Origin: Candidatus Magasanikiibacteriota bacterium
GTDB lineage: Bacteria; Patescibacteriota; Patescibacteriia; Magasanikbacterales; UBA922
Assembly (NCBI GenBank): GCA_041674805.1
Contig: JBAYVA010000001.1
Coordinates: 326,612-390,611, forward strand
DNA: 64,000 nucleotides
Reading direction: 5' to 3'
Position 1 is the first letter of the stretch. Each line of letters starts with the position of its first letter. The position numbers and the translations under genes are program-made. Below, piece by piece: positions 29,976 through 40,085 of the stretch. The notes below the pieces were generated by a model. The model made no database searches, was not told the origin of the DNA, and saw nothing but the letters and a program-made list of their open reading frames with translations.

Positions 29976-30776
29976 ATGCTTCAATTCTTCACAACTCTCC
30001 TCCAAGCCGTTCTCCTCCAACTAACCGGTTTATTCGGTATCTTTTTTATCATTGGTTTCTTCCAATCAATCATTCAACAAAAAACACTAGAGAATTATCA
30101 GCGCAGTCTTGGTTGGAAAGGAATACTCTGGACCGCCTGGATGGGTACTCCAATTCATGAGATGGGACATTATTTTTTTGCCAAAGTATTTCATCATCGA
30201 GTGGACAAAGTAAGCATTTTTGCGCCAAATGAAGAATCTGGCAATCTTGGGCATGTTGACCACAGCTACAACACCAAAAGTATTTACCAAAGACTTGGCA
30301 ATTTTTTTATCGGCGCCGCGCCCATGATCTTTGGGTCAATCGTGCTTGTCATTTTTCTCTATTTCTTCGTACCAAATGCCAAAGAAATCTTCAATCCCCT
30401 TTTTGCTAGTTTCAACAATCCTCTAGAATTTCTAAAAGCAATTTATGAAAGTCTAAAAAATCTCTTTGCAATAGACAATATCAACAAATGGAACTTCTGG
30501 CTATTCTTCTATCTATCTCTTGCTGTAGCCTCTCACATGGCGCCAAGCAAGCCGGACAGACGTGGGATGTGGAGTGGATTCTTCTGGATTGTGTTACTGA
30601 TGATTATAGTCAACATCATCACTCTCCTACTTGGCGTGGACATCACTGTTTATATTTTGAATCTTAGTCAATTTCTTGGATTATTTATCGCCATATTTGT
30701 CTATGGTCTTTTACTTTCATTTTTACATTATTTGATTTCTATTTTATTGTTGGTTTTGTTTAGGAAGAGGTTTTAA
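29976..30776 (+). CDS. M50-like membrane zinc metalloprotease
   Basis: GTPIHEMGH (HExxH), FIGAAP, multiple TMs. Confidence 0.65.
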   Translation: MLQFFTTLLQAVLLQLTGLFGIFFIIGFFQSIIQQKTLENYQRSLGWKGILWTAWMGTPIHEMGHYFFAKVFHHRVDKVSIFAPNEESGNLGHVDHSYNTKSIYQRLGNFFIGAAPMIFGSIVLVIFLYFFVPNAKEIFNPLFASFNNPLEFLKAIYESLKNLFAIDNINKWNFWLFFYLSLAVASHMAPSKPDRRGMWSGFFWIVLLMIIVNIITLLLGVDITVYILNLSQFLGLFIAIFVYGLLLSFLHYLISILLLVLFRKRF

Positions 30777-30831
30777 AGATTTTGGAGAAAATAAAAAACA
30801 GACGATGGGTCTGTTTTTTTGTGTTTATATT

Positions 30832-33144
30832 TTATTTAGCAATTTTCGCGTAAAGATTTTTTTGGAAAGTGAAAAACATTTTACGAATTTGATCCACATT
30901 GCCCAAATGTTTTTCAGCATCAGCCAAAGCATGATATTTGAGATTAAGTAAAACTGGCAATTGATCTTCACCAAGTTCTTCCACACCTTTTTCAGTATAT
31001 TTATCCAAAATAAAATCTATAAAGTCTTTTTGCTTATCATCAAGTTTTTCCAAAATTTTGTCTTTTGTTTTAGATACTCTTTCCTCACGAGAAACTTTTG
31101 GATTGAGAAAAGAAATATAATTGAGGACATCAAACAAATCACTATTTTCAGCGTCAACGATTTTTTGCAAAGTTTCCAGCTCTACTGGACCAAAGCCAAG
31201 TTCAGCAATACTATCAAGAAAAGCTTTTCTAGTCGTAGGATTTGACCAAATTTTTCGCAGTTCTTCTTCACTTTTGAAAAAGTCTGGCATTTTTTCAAAC
31301 ATATTGTTCATAAATTCTTCGACAGAAATTGGCTTGCCATCAGCACTCCAAAAAGAAGTAGAAATCATATGTTGAATTTCTCTTTCTTTACCATCACGAA
31401 GCTTTATTTTCAATTTTGGTTTTGGTTCTTGTCGTGGTTCTGGTTCAGTAATTATTTTAGCAATTTCTTTATCTTTTGGTTCTTTTATTTTTTTGTCTAT
31501 AGTCACTTCAATTGGTTCACCATCCCATTCTGGATCAGAAAAATGTTTGTAAGCATCGACAAAATCATAAATAGTAAAATATTCTTTGCCATCAAAAAGT
31601 CTGGTACCGCGTCCGACAATTTGTTTGAATTCAATCATCGAATTGACTGGACGCATCAGGACAATATTGCGGACATTGCGCGCGTCGACGCCGGTAGAAA
31701 GTTTTTGTGATGTAGTAAGAATTGTTGGAATAGTCTTTTCATTGTCTTGAAACTCACGCAAAAATTGTTCACCATGAGCACCGTCATTGGCAGTGACACG
31801 CACACAATAATTTGGGTCTTTACTATCTTTCATTTGGTTTATCAAATCACGAACAGCCAAAGCATGATCTTGATTGGCACAAAAAATAATTGTTTTTTCT
31901 TGTTTGTTTATTTCATCCAAAACAATTCTCACTCTTTTGGCTTCACGTTCTTTGATGTGTATTATTCTATTGAAATCTGGTTCTTCATAAATACGACCTT
32001 CTTCTATATCACCTTCAATAATCTGATCGTCAGATGTATAAACATAAGTATCTAAAGTAGTTTGTACACGTTTTACTTTGAAAGGAGTAAGAAAACCATC
32101 GTTGACACCTTCTTTGAGAGAATACGTATAAACTGGTTTACCAAAATAATCATAAGTATCAGCATTGTCTTTTCTTTTTGGTGTAGCGGTAAGACCAAGT
32201 TGCACAGCAGGTGAAAAATAATTCAAAATTTCACGCCAAGTACTTTCGTCATTTGCTCCGCCACGATGACACTCATCAATAATAATAAAATCAAAAAAGT
32301 CTTTAGGATATTCGCCAAAATATGGTGCGCCATTTGGACCACTCATGAAAGTCTGAAAAATAGTAAAAAATATACTACCACTTTTTGGCACGCCGCCTTT
32401 TTTACGAATATCTAGTGGGTTGATACGTACGAGAGCATTTTCTTCAAAAGCTGAAAAAGAGTTGAAAGCTTGATCTGCCAAAATATTTCTATCAGCCAAA
32501 AACAAAATGCGAGGACGACGTTTACCATTTCTTTCTAGATTCCAACGACTTTGAAACAATTTCCAAGCTATTTGAAAAGAAATAAAAGTCTTACCAGTAC
32601 CTGTTGCCAAAGTAAGAAGTATTCTGTTTTTTTCTTCAGCCACAGCAGACAAAGCATTGTTGACTGCAATTTCTTGGTAATATCTAGGAGTTTTGCCACT
32701 ACCAGCATCTTCAAACGGTACAGCATCAAATTTTTCTTTCCAAGTATTTTCTGCACCAAAAGTCTTGTGCCAAAGTTCTTCAGGTGTCGGAAAATGCAAA
32801 ACAGTTTTTTCTTCACCAGTTTCTAGCGACATTTCATAAATTTCACGACCATTGCTAGCGTAAGTATAATTGATTTGTAATTTGTGAGCATAAGCTTTGG
32901 CTTGGGCAACACCTTCACCAACGGCAATCTCCAAAGACTTCGCTTCTACGACTGCCAATTTACGATTTTTGTATACCAAAATATAGTCGGCTATTTCCGC
33001 TTTATTATTAAACAAACCAACACTACCAACACGATCATTAGTAATGCGGAATTCACGCAAGATTTTTGAATTTTCTAATACTCCCCAGCCAGCCTCCTTG
33101 AGCTTTGGGTCGATGTACTCAGCCCGTGTTTCGGCTTCATTCAT
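30832..33144 (-). CDS. hsdR: Type I restriction endonuclease subunit R (EcoEI-like)
   Basis: NEAETR..IDP.L...GW, ADY..VVEAK, LATGTGKT, DECHR, GLTATP, QIVGRGTR. Start ATG 33144. Confidence 0.93.
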   Translation of the reverse strand: MNEAETRAEYIDPKLKEAGWGVLENSKILREFRITNDRVGSVGLFNNKAEIADYILVYKNRKLAVVEAKSLEIAVGEGVAQAKAYAHKLQINYTYASNGREIYEMSLETGEEKTVLHFPTPEELWHKTFGAENTWKEKFDAVPFEDAGSGKTPRYYQEIAVNNALSAVAEEKNRILLTLATGTGKTFISFQIAWKLFQSRWNLERNGKRRPRILFLADRNILADQAFNSFSAFEENALVRINPLDIRKKGGVPKSGSIFFTIFQTFMSGPNGAPYFGEYPKDFFDFIIIDECHRGGANDESTWREILNYFSPAVQLGLTATPKRKDNADTYDYFGKPVYTYSLKEGVNDGFLTPFKVKRVQTTLDTYVYTSDDQIIEGDIEEGRIYEEPDFNRIIHIKEREAKRVRIVLDEINKQEKTIIFCANQDHALAVRDLINQMKDSKDPNYCVRVTANDGAHGEQFLREFQDNEKTIPTILTTSQKLSTGVDARNVRNIVLMRPVNSMIEFKQIVGRGTRLFDGKEYFTIYDFVDAYKHFSDPEWDGEPIEVTIDKKIKEPKDKEIAKIITEPEPRQEPKPKLKIKLRDGKEREIQHMISTSFWSADGKPISVEEFMNNMFEKMPDFFKSEEELRKIWSNPTTRKAFLDSIAELGFGPVELETLQKIVDAENSDLFDVLNYISFLNPKVSREERVSKTKDKILEKLDDKQKDFIDFILDKYTEKGVEELGEDQLPVLLNLKYHALADAEKHLGNVDQIRKMFFTFQKNLYAKIAK

Positions 33145-33152
33145 AAATAAAA

Positions 33153-33338
33153 TTATTTTCCTCCGTATCTTTTTTCTGCTTCTCCTTCTTTTAATTCTTT
33201 GCCAGACCATCTGCCAAAACGTGCCCCACAGTCTTTACAATCAATTTCACTGACACCATCATAACGTTCAGGACTGTCATAAGAGTACTCTACATAAATA
33301 ATATTTTTACTACCACATTTTTTACATTTTTTGTCCAT
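33153..33338 (-). CDS. Small zinc-ribbon protein (61 aa)
   Basis: CKKC...CKDC; sits tightly between fic (4 bp gap) and hsdR (8 bp gap). Confidence 0.6.
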   Translation of the reverse strand: MDKKCKKCGSKNIIYVEYSYDSPERYDGVSEIDCKDCGARFGRWSGKELKEGEAEKRYGGK

Positions 33339-33342
33339 ATGG

Positions 33343-34536
33343 TTAATTTTTATTATTTAAAGATGCTGGAATAAAACTATTTTTTTCAAGTATATGTATA
33401 GCCCCTCGCAATAAATAATTATTGGCAAATCCTAAAGTATATACTCTTCCTTTGGGATTGATAGAAATAAGCATTTTTTTGTCTTTAAGCCTTTTTAGAA
33501 TTCTAGAACGCTGTACAGAAGATTCTTCTCCAATTATTTTTTCTAAATCTGAAGATTTGATAATCATATCTTTACTTTTAACCAAGTATGCAAGTATTTC
33601 ATGTTCACGTTTTGTAATATGTTCATTATCCAAAGCAAAAGACAACATAGGTAACAAAATATTATTTGTCATATATGAAAGGTCTAACAATTTATCAATT
33701 TTTTCTATTTCTTCACGCAAACCTTCCAAAACATAAGAACACCACTGCAAAGTTTTTTCCTCTTCTCCTGTATCTGCCAAAGATAACATTTGATAATATT
33801 TATCACGGTCCATGCAAAAGACAGCTGTTGGATTCAAAATCCTACCATTTTTTACTTGAAAACGTTGTTTTATCAAAAGTGCATAAGTAAACATTCTCAC
33901 AAGACGACCATTGCCATTGTCAAAAGGATGAATCCAAGCCATACGATGATGTGACAAAGCAACAACCAAAAGATGATATTGAGAATCCAGAGGTTGGTTT
34001 ATGAATTTTATAAATTCCTCAAAATAATCTGGAACTTTCATAAAATCAGGAGGAACATGTTCTGCTTTACCAATAGAAACATTTACTGGTCTTAATTGAC
34101 CTGGGTATCTTGATCCCTCACCATTTGGTGAAGGTGTGAGACCTTCTACCAATATCTTGTGAATTTCAGAAATCAAAGCTCTATCTATTTTTGTTTTATT
34201 ATTTACATTATTTTCTATAAATTCAATAGCTCTTTCAATATTAGAGATCTCTCTGTCTTTTTCGGATTTACTATTTTTTGCTTTATTTTCAATAATCTTT
34301 TCTACATATTCAGCCAAAGTAGTTCTATTTCCTTCAATACGGGCAGAACCTATACTTTCTAAAATCTGAAAAATATTCTTTAATTGAAAGAATATATAAG
34401 GAGGAACTGGACCGCCAAGTTGTTTTACACGCAATTTTTCTAATTCAATAATAGTATTGGCCAGTTTGCTATTCCATTTTGGCTCATAAAGCTTAAAAGG
34501 AATATCTTTGAATTTTGGCTTATTTTCAGAAGTCAT
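33343..34536 (-). CDS. Fic family protein (class II, with N-terminal inhibitory helix)
   Basis: Canonical HPFDNGNGRLVR motif, SARIEG inhibition motif, C-terminal wHTH-like region. Confidence 0.9.
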   Translation of the reverse strand: MTSENKPKFKDIPFKLYEPKWNSKLANTIIELEKLRVKQLGGPVPPYIFFQLKNIFQILESIGSARIEGNRTTLAEYVEKIIENKAKNSKSEKDREISNIERAIEFIENNVNNKTKIDRALISEIHKILVEGLTPSPNGEGSRYPGQLRPVNVSIGKAEHVPPDFMKVPDYFEEFIKFINQPLDSQYHLLVVALSHHRMAWIHPFDNGNGRLVRMFTYALLIKQRFQVKNGRILNPTAVFCMDRDKYYQMLSLADTGEEEKTLQWCSYVLEGLREEIEKIDKLLDLSYMTNNILLPMLSFALDNEHITKREHEILAYLVKSKDMIIKSSDLEKIIGEESSVQRSRILKRLKDKKMLISINPKGRVYTLGFANNYLLRGAIHILEKNSFIPASLNNKN

Positions 34537-34562
34537 ATAGACTATTTAACATATATAGCTAT

Positions 34563-34591
34563 ATATTAGCTTATATTAGCTATTTTGTCAA
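34563..34591 (-). promoter_or_regulatory. Internal promoter upstream of fic, overlapped by ATATTAGCT direct repeats
   Basis: TTGACA-17 bp-TAATAT; repeats at about 34552-34582. Confidence 0.55.
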
Positions 34592-34645
34592 GTGGATAGA
34601 TTATTGTCATTTAACATTTATCTTTTTAGACATTTAACATCTTTT

Positions 34646-35845
34646 TTACAACTCCCCTGCAAAGGCCTTTTTCAAAACAGATTTCTTGAGTTCTTCGAGA
34701 CTAGCCAATTTCTTCATATATATTTCCTCTAGTTTCTTAGTTTCAGCTGAAAGTGCGTCGAGCTTGGCGACGATGGATTTTTGTTCGGTGAGAGATTTTG
34801 GATAATTTAAAATAATTTGTTTTAAAGCACCACCATTAAATTGAGGTTGAGCTGAACCTGCAGAAAGTTGATTGACTTGATCCCAATAGATTTTAGATTT
34901 TGAAAAATGCCAATATAATTTACTAAAAATTTCTTTTTTAAATTTCATTCTAATAAGATATGATGCAAAAACTGAGGGTTCATCATTTTCAAAAAGCAAA
35001 ACATTTCCAGCAGAAGCTCCTGTTCTCGCCATTAACAAATCATTATTATTTAAAAGATATTTTTCAGCCTCTTTAAAAGAATCAACATACATCTTATTTT
35101 CTTTTGTAAGTAAACCATTTTCATCAGTATCTGTAATTCTTACAAATCGGTACTTTCCTTTATTTTTAGCTTTGGTAGTATAACCATATTCTACATCACA
35201 AATATCTCCTAAACTTTTTTCTTCCCACTTTTGACCTTCGACTTTTGACTTTTGACTTGTGAAAACACTATTCAAATAACTCTCAAAGACCTCCTTACTA
35301 TTTTTCAAATTCTTTTCAGTATTTGCTTTGGCTGTTTCAATGCCAGCGAAGACTTCGTCGAGTATTTTTACGATGTGGTGTTGGGTGGGGAGAGGAGGGA
35401 GAGGGATTTCAAAATTTTTTATTTGTTCTGTACTCAAATTTGGTTGGGCTGAGCCCATTGATATTTTTAAATTTTCTTCAATTTTAGTTGATAAAAAATA
35501 ATATAAATAATCCTTCACTAAATCTTTTTTTGGTTTAAATTTTCCTACACGCTGATTCAAATAAAATATTTCATCAGTATCACAAACAGCTAACTTTCCA
35601 GTTGTTGCGCCAGACATTGCAATTACCAGATCACCTTTTAAAACTTGATATTTATCAAAATTTTCTTTATAACTTTTTTTGTCAAAAAATACAAGTCTAT
35701 TATAAGAAATTCCATCATTTTGAATATTCGAAATTCTTAAAACAGGAAAACCATTCTCCTTAAATAATTTACTCTTAAAAGCAAATCCATTTTGAAAATC
35801 ACAAACTTCACTAAGTTTTTTTGTTTGCCAATTATTTTTTGTCAT
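34646..35845 (-). CDS. hsdS: Type I R-M specificity subunit S
   Basis: Two TRDs; GSAQPNLS..IPLPPL..Q; GSAQPQFN; KKSVLKKAFAGEL. Confidence 0.93.
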   Translation of the reverse strand: MTKNNWQTKKLSEVCDFQNGFAFKSKLFKENGFPVLRISNIQNDGISYNRLVFFDKKSYKENFDKYQVLKGDLVIAMSGATTGKLAVCDTDEIFYLNQRVGKFKPKKDLVKDYLYYFLSTKIEENLKISMGSAQPNLSTEQIKNFEIPLPPLPTQHHIVKILDEVFAGIETAKANTEKNLKNSKEVFESYLNSVFTSQKSKVEGQKWEEKSLGDICDVEYGYTTKAKNKGKYRFVRITDTDENGLLTKENKMYVDSFKEAEKYLLNNNDLLMARTGASAGNVLLFENDEPSVFASYLIRMKFKKEIFSKLYWHFSKSKIYWDQVNQLSAGSAQPQFNGGALKQIILNYPKSLTEQKSIVAKLDALSAETKKLEEIYMKKLASLEELKKSVLKKAFAGEL

Positions 35846-36452
35846 AGTAAAACTTTCCATTTTCTATTCTATTAGGTAAATTATTGAATATCTCTAATAC
35901 AAAATCATGGTAGTCTTCAATAATTTTTATTAAGTCAGATATTAAAAGATATCTATTATTTATACATATACTTTTATAATCTTCGCTTACATCCAAAAAT
36001 AAATCTTTTTTAAAAGTATTATAAAAAATATCTTCATTTATATGCTCTACTCTATTACGTATTTTAGAGACATTATATTTTTTTAGTCTATTTATAGTTT
36101 TTTTATCTATATATTTTAATAGATTTATTTTTCTTTTATCATCATTCTTACCATTTATTATAATATCAAAAATTTTTATAAATCTATTTATAGCATAAAG
36201 GCAATCTTCTAAATTATTTATAATATTTATTCTATAAATTAATTTGTCACCTGTTTTTATTTCTTCTTCTAAAGATTCTTTTACTTCTTCATATTTAAAC
36301 CAAGATTTATCAACTAACCTAAAAAGTAATCTTATATACAATTTACTTTTTTCATCTAAAACTTTTTCAGATCCGACTAAAATAATAGGTAAAAACCTAC
36401 TAACTAAAGGAAAATCAATTTTAATGTTGGGAATTTTATTATTATTTTTCAT
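35832..36452 (-). CDS. Hypothetical alpha-helical protein with RxxxxH motif (candidate HEPN RNase)
   Basis: KIRNRVEHI motif; very AT-rich; overlaps both neighbouring genes. Confidence 0.55.
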   Translation of the reverse strand: MKNNNKIPNIKIDFPLVSRFLPIILVGSEKVLDEKSKLYIRLLFRLVDKSWFKYEEVKESLEEEIKTGDKLIYRINIINNLEDCLYAINRFIKIFDIIINGKNDDKRKINLLKYIDKKTINRLKKYNVSKIRNRVEHINEDIFYNTFKKDLFLDVSEDYKSICINNRYLLISDLIKIIEDYHDFVLEIFNNLPNRIENGKFYYDKK

Positions 36453-37482
36453 AATCTATTATTTTTTCTTCAATCACATCTAATAACTTTACAAATTCCT
36501 GTGTATCAAGAAAATAATTTGGATAAAGTTTTTCTAAATTATTTATATCATCTACAGAAACTAACACAATCTCCGTGTTTTTATCATTTAGATACTTTTT
36601 TTCTAACTTCGTATATTGATTATTTGCTTGATCTAATTTTGACTCAGAATATCGTTCAATATTTAATAATTTATTTTTAAAATTTAAAGAAATAAGGTAA
36701 TATTTACCTCTTTCTTTCTTTGTTTCTTTAGTAGAAATTTGAGTAGCAACCGAAAAACCTTCTATTTTATCTCTTAATTTTAATTCTTTAATTCTTTTAG
36801 ATATTTTTTGAAAAAATATTATATCAATATCATCATATTCCAACATGATAAATGCTTTGCTAATTTCTTTAAATAAATCAAGTAATTCTGCATCACCAAA
36901 ACTTTGTTTTAATGGTTGTCTTAAATATGTTCCTATAACTTCAACCGCTGTTGCCCAGGCATGATGTATTTTTGTTCTTAATTGAATTTCAATTCTGCAT
37001 TGACAATCTATAGAAACTTTTTTGTCATATTTATAAATTAAATGGATACTTCTATATCCACTTTCTTTTGGTTCTTTTATATAATCTTTTTCTTTTAAAA
37101 AAGTTGATTTGAAAGCTGCTTCTTGTTCTCCTTTTTTTAATAAATCTCTTAATTTATAGACCTCTTCTAAATTATCAACAACTGCACGTAAACCACCAAC
37201 ATCTTGCATTTGAGATAAAGACATGTTTTCTTGAATTTTTAACTTACTGATTATCGATGGTGCTCGCTTTAATCTCTGAGAAATTAAAACGTTACTATTT
37301 ATTGATTTAGATTTTCTTATTAAAGACATTCTAAAAACAATCAATGGATGGATATGAATTGATCTAAAGTTTTCTAAAATTTCAATAGCTAAATCTTGTG
37401 TTATTTTTTCATCAGATATACCAGCAAGAACATCCCCAGCTTTATCTATTTCCTTTTTTGAATATTTTAAAAATGACTTCAT
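36442..37482 (-). CDS. RelA/SpoT-domain small alarmone synthetase homolog, fused CapRel-like
   Basis: YSKKEIDKAG N-terminus, QRLKR..SI..K, MQDVGGLR, DYI..PK.SGYRSIH, EIQLRT..HAWA.AVE, and C-terminal LYPNYFLD (YxxY). Confidence 0.85.
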   Translation of the reverse strand: MKSFLKYSKKEIDKAGDVLAGISDEKITQDLAIEILENFRSIHIHPLIVFRMSLIRKSKSINSNVLISQRLKRAPSIISKLKIQENMSLSQMQDVGGLRAVVDNLEEVYKLRDLLKKGEQEAAFKSTFLKEKDYIKEPKESGYRSIHLIYKYDKKVSIDCQCRIEIQLRTKIHHAWATAVEVIGTYLRQPLKQSFGDAELLDLFKEISKAFIMLEYDDIDIIFFQKISKRIKELKLRDKIEGFSVATQISTKETKKERGKYYLISLNFKNKLLNIERYSESKLDQANNQYTKLEKKYLNDKNTEIVLVSVDDINNLEKLYPNYFLDTQEFVKLLDVIEEKIIDYEK

Positions 37483-38930
37483 AATATATTCTTAATCTTC
37501 TCAAAAATTTCTCCACTATCCTCATCCAAACCCTTTATTTCCTCCAAAATCTCCTTCGGCTCCCTCAAAACATCCTCTTCTTTCTTGTTTGGGTTCTTCA
37601 CTGATAAATCAAAAGTAGCTTGATCAATATTTTTCACATCCACCATCCAAGAATTAGCACTACTTTCCTTCTTTTCTTGAAGCTTCACAAACTCAGCTAA
37701 GTCCACTTCACTCAATGGATTGCCCTTGCCAAGATTTCTATCTAGATTGAGCTGATAATACCAGATTTTTCTTGTTGGAGCGCCTTTTTCAAAAAATAAG
37801 ACAATAGTCTTCACACCCGCACCCTGAAAAGCACCACCTGGTAGATCTAGGATAGTATGCAGATTGCAAGTCGTAAGTAATTCTTTGCGTAGTGAGACAC
37901 TGGCATTGTCAGTGTTGCTCAAAAAAGTATTTTTGATGACAATCCCAGCTCGTCCACCAGCTCGGAGCATCTTGATAAAATGTTGTAAAAAGAGAAATGC
38001 TGTCTCGCCAGTTTTTATCGGGAAATTTTGTTGAATTTCTCTACCAATACCTGCTCCAAAAGGTGGATTTGCTAAGATAACATCTTTTCTGTCTTTTTCT
38101 TGTATGTCATTGATATTTTCTGCTAGTGTGTTCATGTGACGGATATTTGGTGCCTCAATACCATGTAAAATCATATTCATAATACCAATAATGTAGGCAA
38201 GAGATTTGATTTCTTTTCCGTAAAAAGTTTTGTTTTGCAAAGTTGTCATTTGACTTGAAGAAAGCTTGGCTTGATTTTCTGTCAAATATTTATATGCCTC
38301 CACCAAAAATCCAGCACTTCCACAAGCACCATCATAAATTGTTTCTCCAATTTTTGGATCTACTATTTTAACAATTGTTTTGATGAGTGGACGTGGTGTG
38401 TAATATTCACCACCATTTCGCCCAGCATTGCCCATATTTTTTATTTTTGACTCATAAAGATGTGAAAGTTCATGTTTTTCTTCATAAAGTCGAAAATGCA
38501 TTTTGTCTACCACGTTCAAAATTTCTCGTAATTTATAACCACTAGAAATTTTGTTTTTGAGTTCACTAAAAATTTCACCGATTTTGTATTCAATAGTATT
38601 TGGATCTTCAGCTTTAAATTTTTTTAAATAAGGAAAAAGTTTATTATTTACAAAGTCTCTCAAATCGTCACCATCAAGTGCTTTATTGTAATCCAATTTT
38701 TCATCACCATTTTTAGGACAAGCCCAAATATTCCAGAGATATTCTGGAGACAAAATATATTCATAATTTTTACCTGACAAAATGGCCGACTTTCTTTTGT
38801 CTTCTTCTAAATCATCAAGGTATTTCAAAAATAAAATCCAAGAAGTTTGTTCTACATAATCTAACTCCGTTCCGCAACCAGAGTCAGTATGAAGTATACT
38901 GTCAATGCTTTTGAATGATTGTTCAAACAT
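37479..38930 (-). CDS. hsdM: Type I R-M methyltransferase subunit M
   Basis: GEYYTPRP, YDGACGSAGFL, ILANPPFG. Confidence 0.95.
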   Translation of the reverse strand: MFEQSFKSIDSILHTDSGCGTELDYVEQTSWILFLKYLDDLEEDKRKSAILSGKNYEYILSPEYLWNIWACPKNGDEKLDYNKALDGDDLRDFVNNKLFPYLKKFKAEDPNTIEYKIGEIFSELKNKISSGYKLREILNVVDKMHFRLYEEKHELSHLYESKIKNMGNAGRNGGEYYTPRPLIKTIVKIVDPKIGETIYDGACGSAGFLVEAYKYLTENQAKLSSSQMTTLQNKTFYGKEIKSLAYIIGIMNMILHGIEAPNIRHMNTLAENINDIQEKDRKDVILANPPFGAGIGREIQQNFPIKTGETAFLFLQHFIKMLRAGGRAGIVIKNTFLSNTDNASVSLRKELLTTCNLHTILDLPGGAFQGAGVKTIVLFFEKGAPTRKIWYYQLNLDRNLGKGNPLSEVDLAEFVKLQEKKESSANSWMVDVKNIDQATFDLSVKNPNKKEEDVLREPKEILEEIKGLDEDSGEIFEKIKNIL

Positions 38931-38975
38931 AGTTTTTTATTGTTTTAGTGATACTATTTTAACAGAGATCAGAGG

Positions 38976-39059
38976 TTTTGTAAATCTAACAAAAAATCAC
39001 CTTTTAAGATGATTTTTGCTAAAAAAATTTCAGTTGGTGACAATTTGTCACCGACTCAC
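38976..39059. repeat. Direct repeat copy 1 (palindrome + terminator + -35 box)
   Basis: TTTTGTAAA...AAAAAATCACCTTTT..GATGATTTTT...GGTGACAATTTGTCACCGACTCAC; similar to 41122-41204. Confidence 0.75.
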
Positions 39060-39965
39060 CTAATCCGCATTAGACAATCCCTCAAATACCTCAGTAGCAT
39101 AGACCACTTCGGCAAAATCCACCATCGTCGCATAATCTTTGACAGCAAACCAACCCTTCAGACCATCTTTCTTCTCAATCTGACACCATTTTTTGTTGTC
39201 ACAAGCAATGATTTTTACTATCTCATCTTTTTGAAGTGTTGTGATTATAGTACTGTCGTCTTGTGGTGATCTCTTAAGAGCTAAGGCTTGCAAAAGTGTT
39301 ACTTCTGTATCTCTCGCATAAAAATCTTTTGGAATATTTACCAATATATTATTTGTAGAAAGACTATAATCATCAGCAAAAAACCAAGTATCCAAAATAC
39401 TTCCACGAGTTTGGGTTGTCAATTTTCCTTTACCATCAAAAAGCATGTTTTCATAAATACCTTGTATAGTTCCTAATGACTTCAAATTTTTTCCGTCATA
39501 TTGATAAAAAGTTGTCGCATAATCACTACTAGGACCTTCGTCAGTGACAGCAATCTCTTTTAGCTTGTCACTTTTGTCTATATCCACAATACCAAAATAT
39601 CCCGCAGGCACATTTCCTGGTGTGGTAGTCCCCATATCGTCAATATGTAATATTGCGACATAACTATAATTTATTTGTTTGAATTCAATACTAATGTTTT
39701 CTTTTTTGCCATCACCATTTAGATCTTCTGCCTTTTCACGATATTGATTAGATTCCAAAGGTTTTGATTCCAAATAATTATTGTAAGCATCTAGATCTTG
39801 TGGAAATTGTTCTTGTTTTTCAGAAAACATAACATCTTGATTTTGTTCTTTTTCCAAATTCAAAACATCTTTTGAAAAGAAAAATTTGTTCATTATCAAA
39901 AAAAATAACACCAAAAAAATGATACCACCTCCCAAATATATATTAATTTTTTTATTACGAGACAT
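39060..39965 (-). CDS. Membrane-anchored exported protein with C-terminal SH3b-like domain
   Basis: N-terminal TM, DLNGDGKKE repeat, C-terminal KWCQIE..DGLKGWF. Confidence 0.65.
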   Translation of the reverse strand: MSRNKKINIYLGGGIIFLVLFFLIMNKFFFSKDVLNLEKEQNQDVMFSEKQEQFPQDLDAYNNYLESKPLESNQYREKAEDLNGDGKKENISIEFKQINYSYVAILHIDDMGTTTPGNVPAGYFGIVDIDKSDKLKEIAVTDEGPSSDYATTFYQYDGKNLKSLGTIQGIYENMLFDGKGKLTTQTRGSILDTWFFADDYSLSTNNILVNIPKDFYARDTEVTLLQALALKRSPQDDSTIITTLQKDEIVKIIACDNKKWCQIEKKDGLKGWFAVKDYATMVDFAEVVYATEVFEGLSNAD

Positions 39966-40085
39966 ACAAATGATTAGAATAAAACATAACAACCTTTGAT
40001 ACTTATCATACTACTCTAGTTTAGTTATTTAAGCAATAAAAAATCACACTAAAGTTAATATAGTTCAATAATTTTTGAAGATAAA

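Noticed and set aside
39009-39269. 86-aa plus-strand ORF
   Set aside because: It is antisense to the exported protein and starts inside the repeat/terminator.
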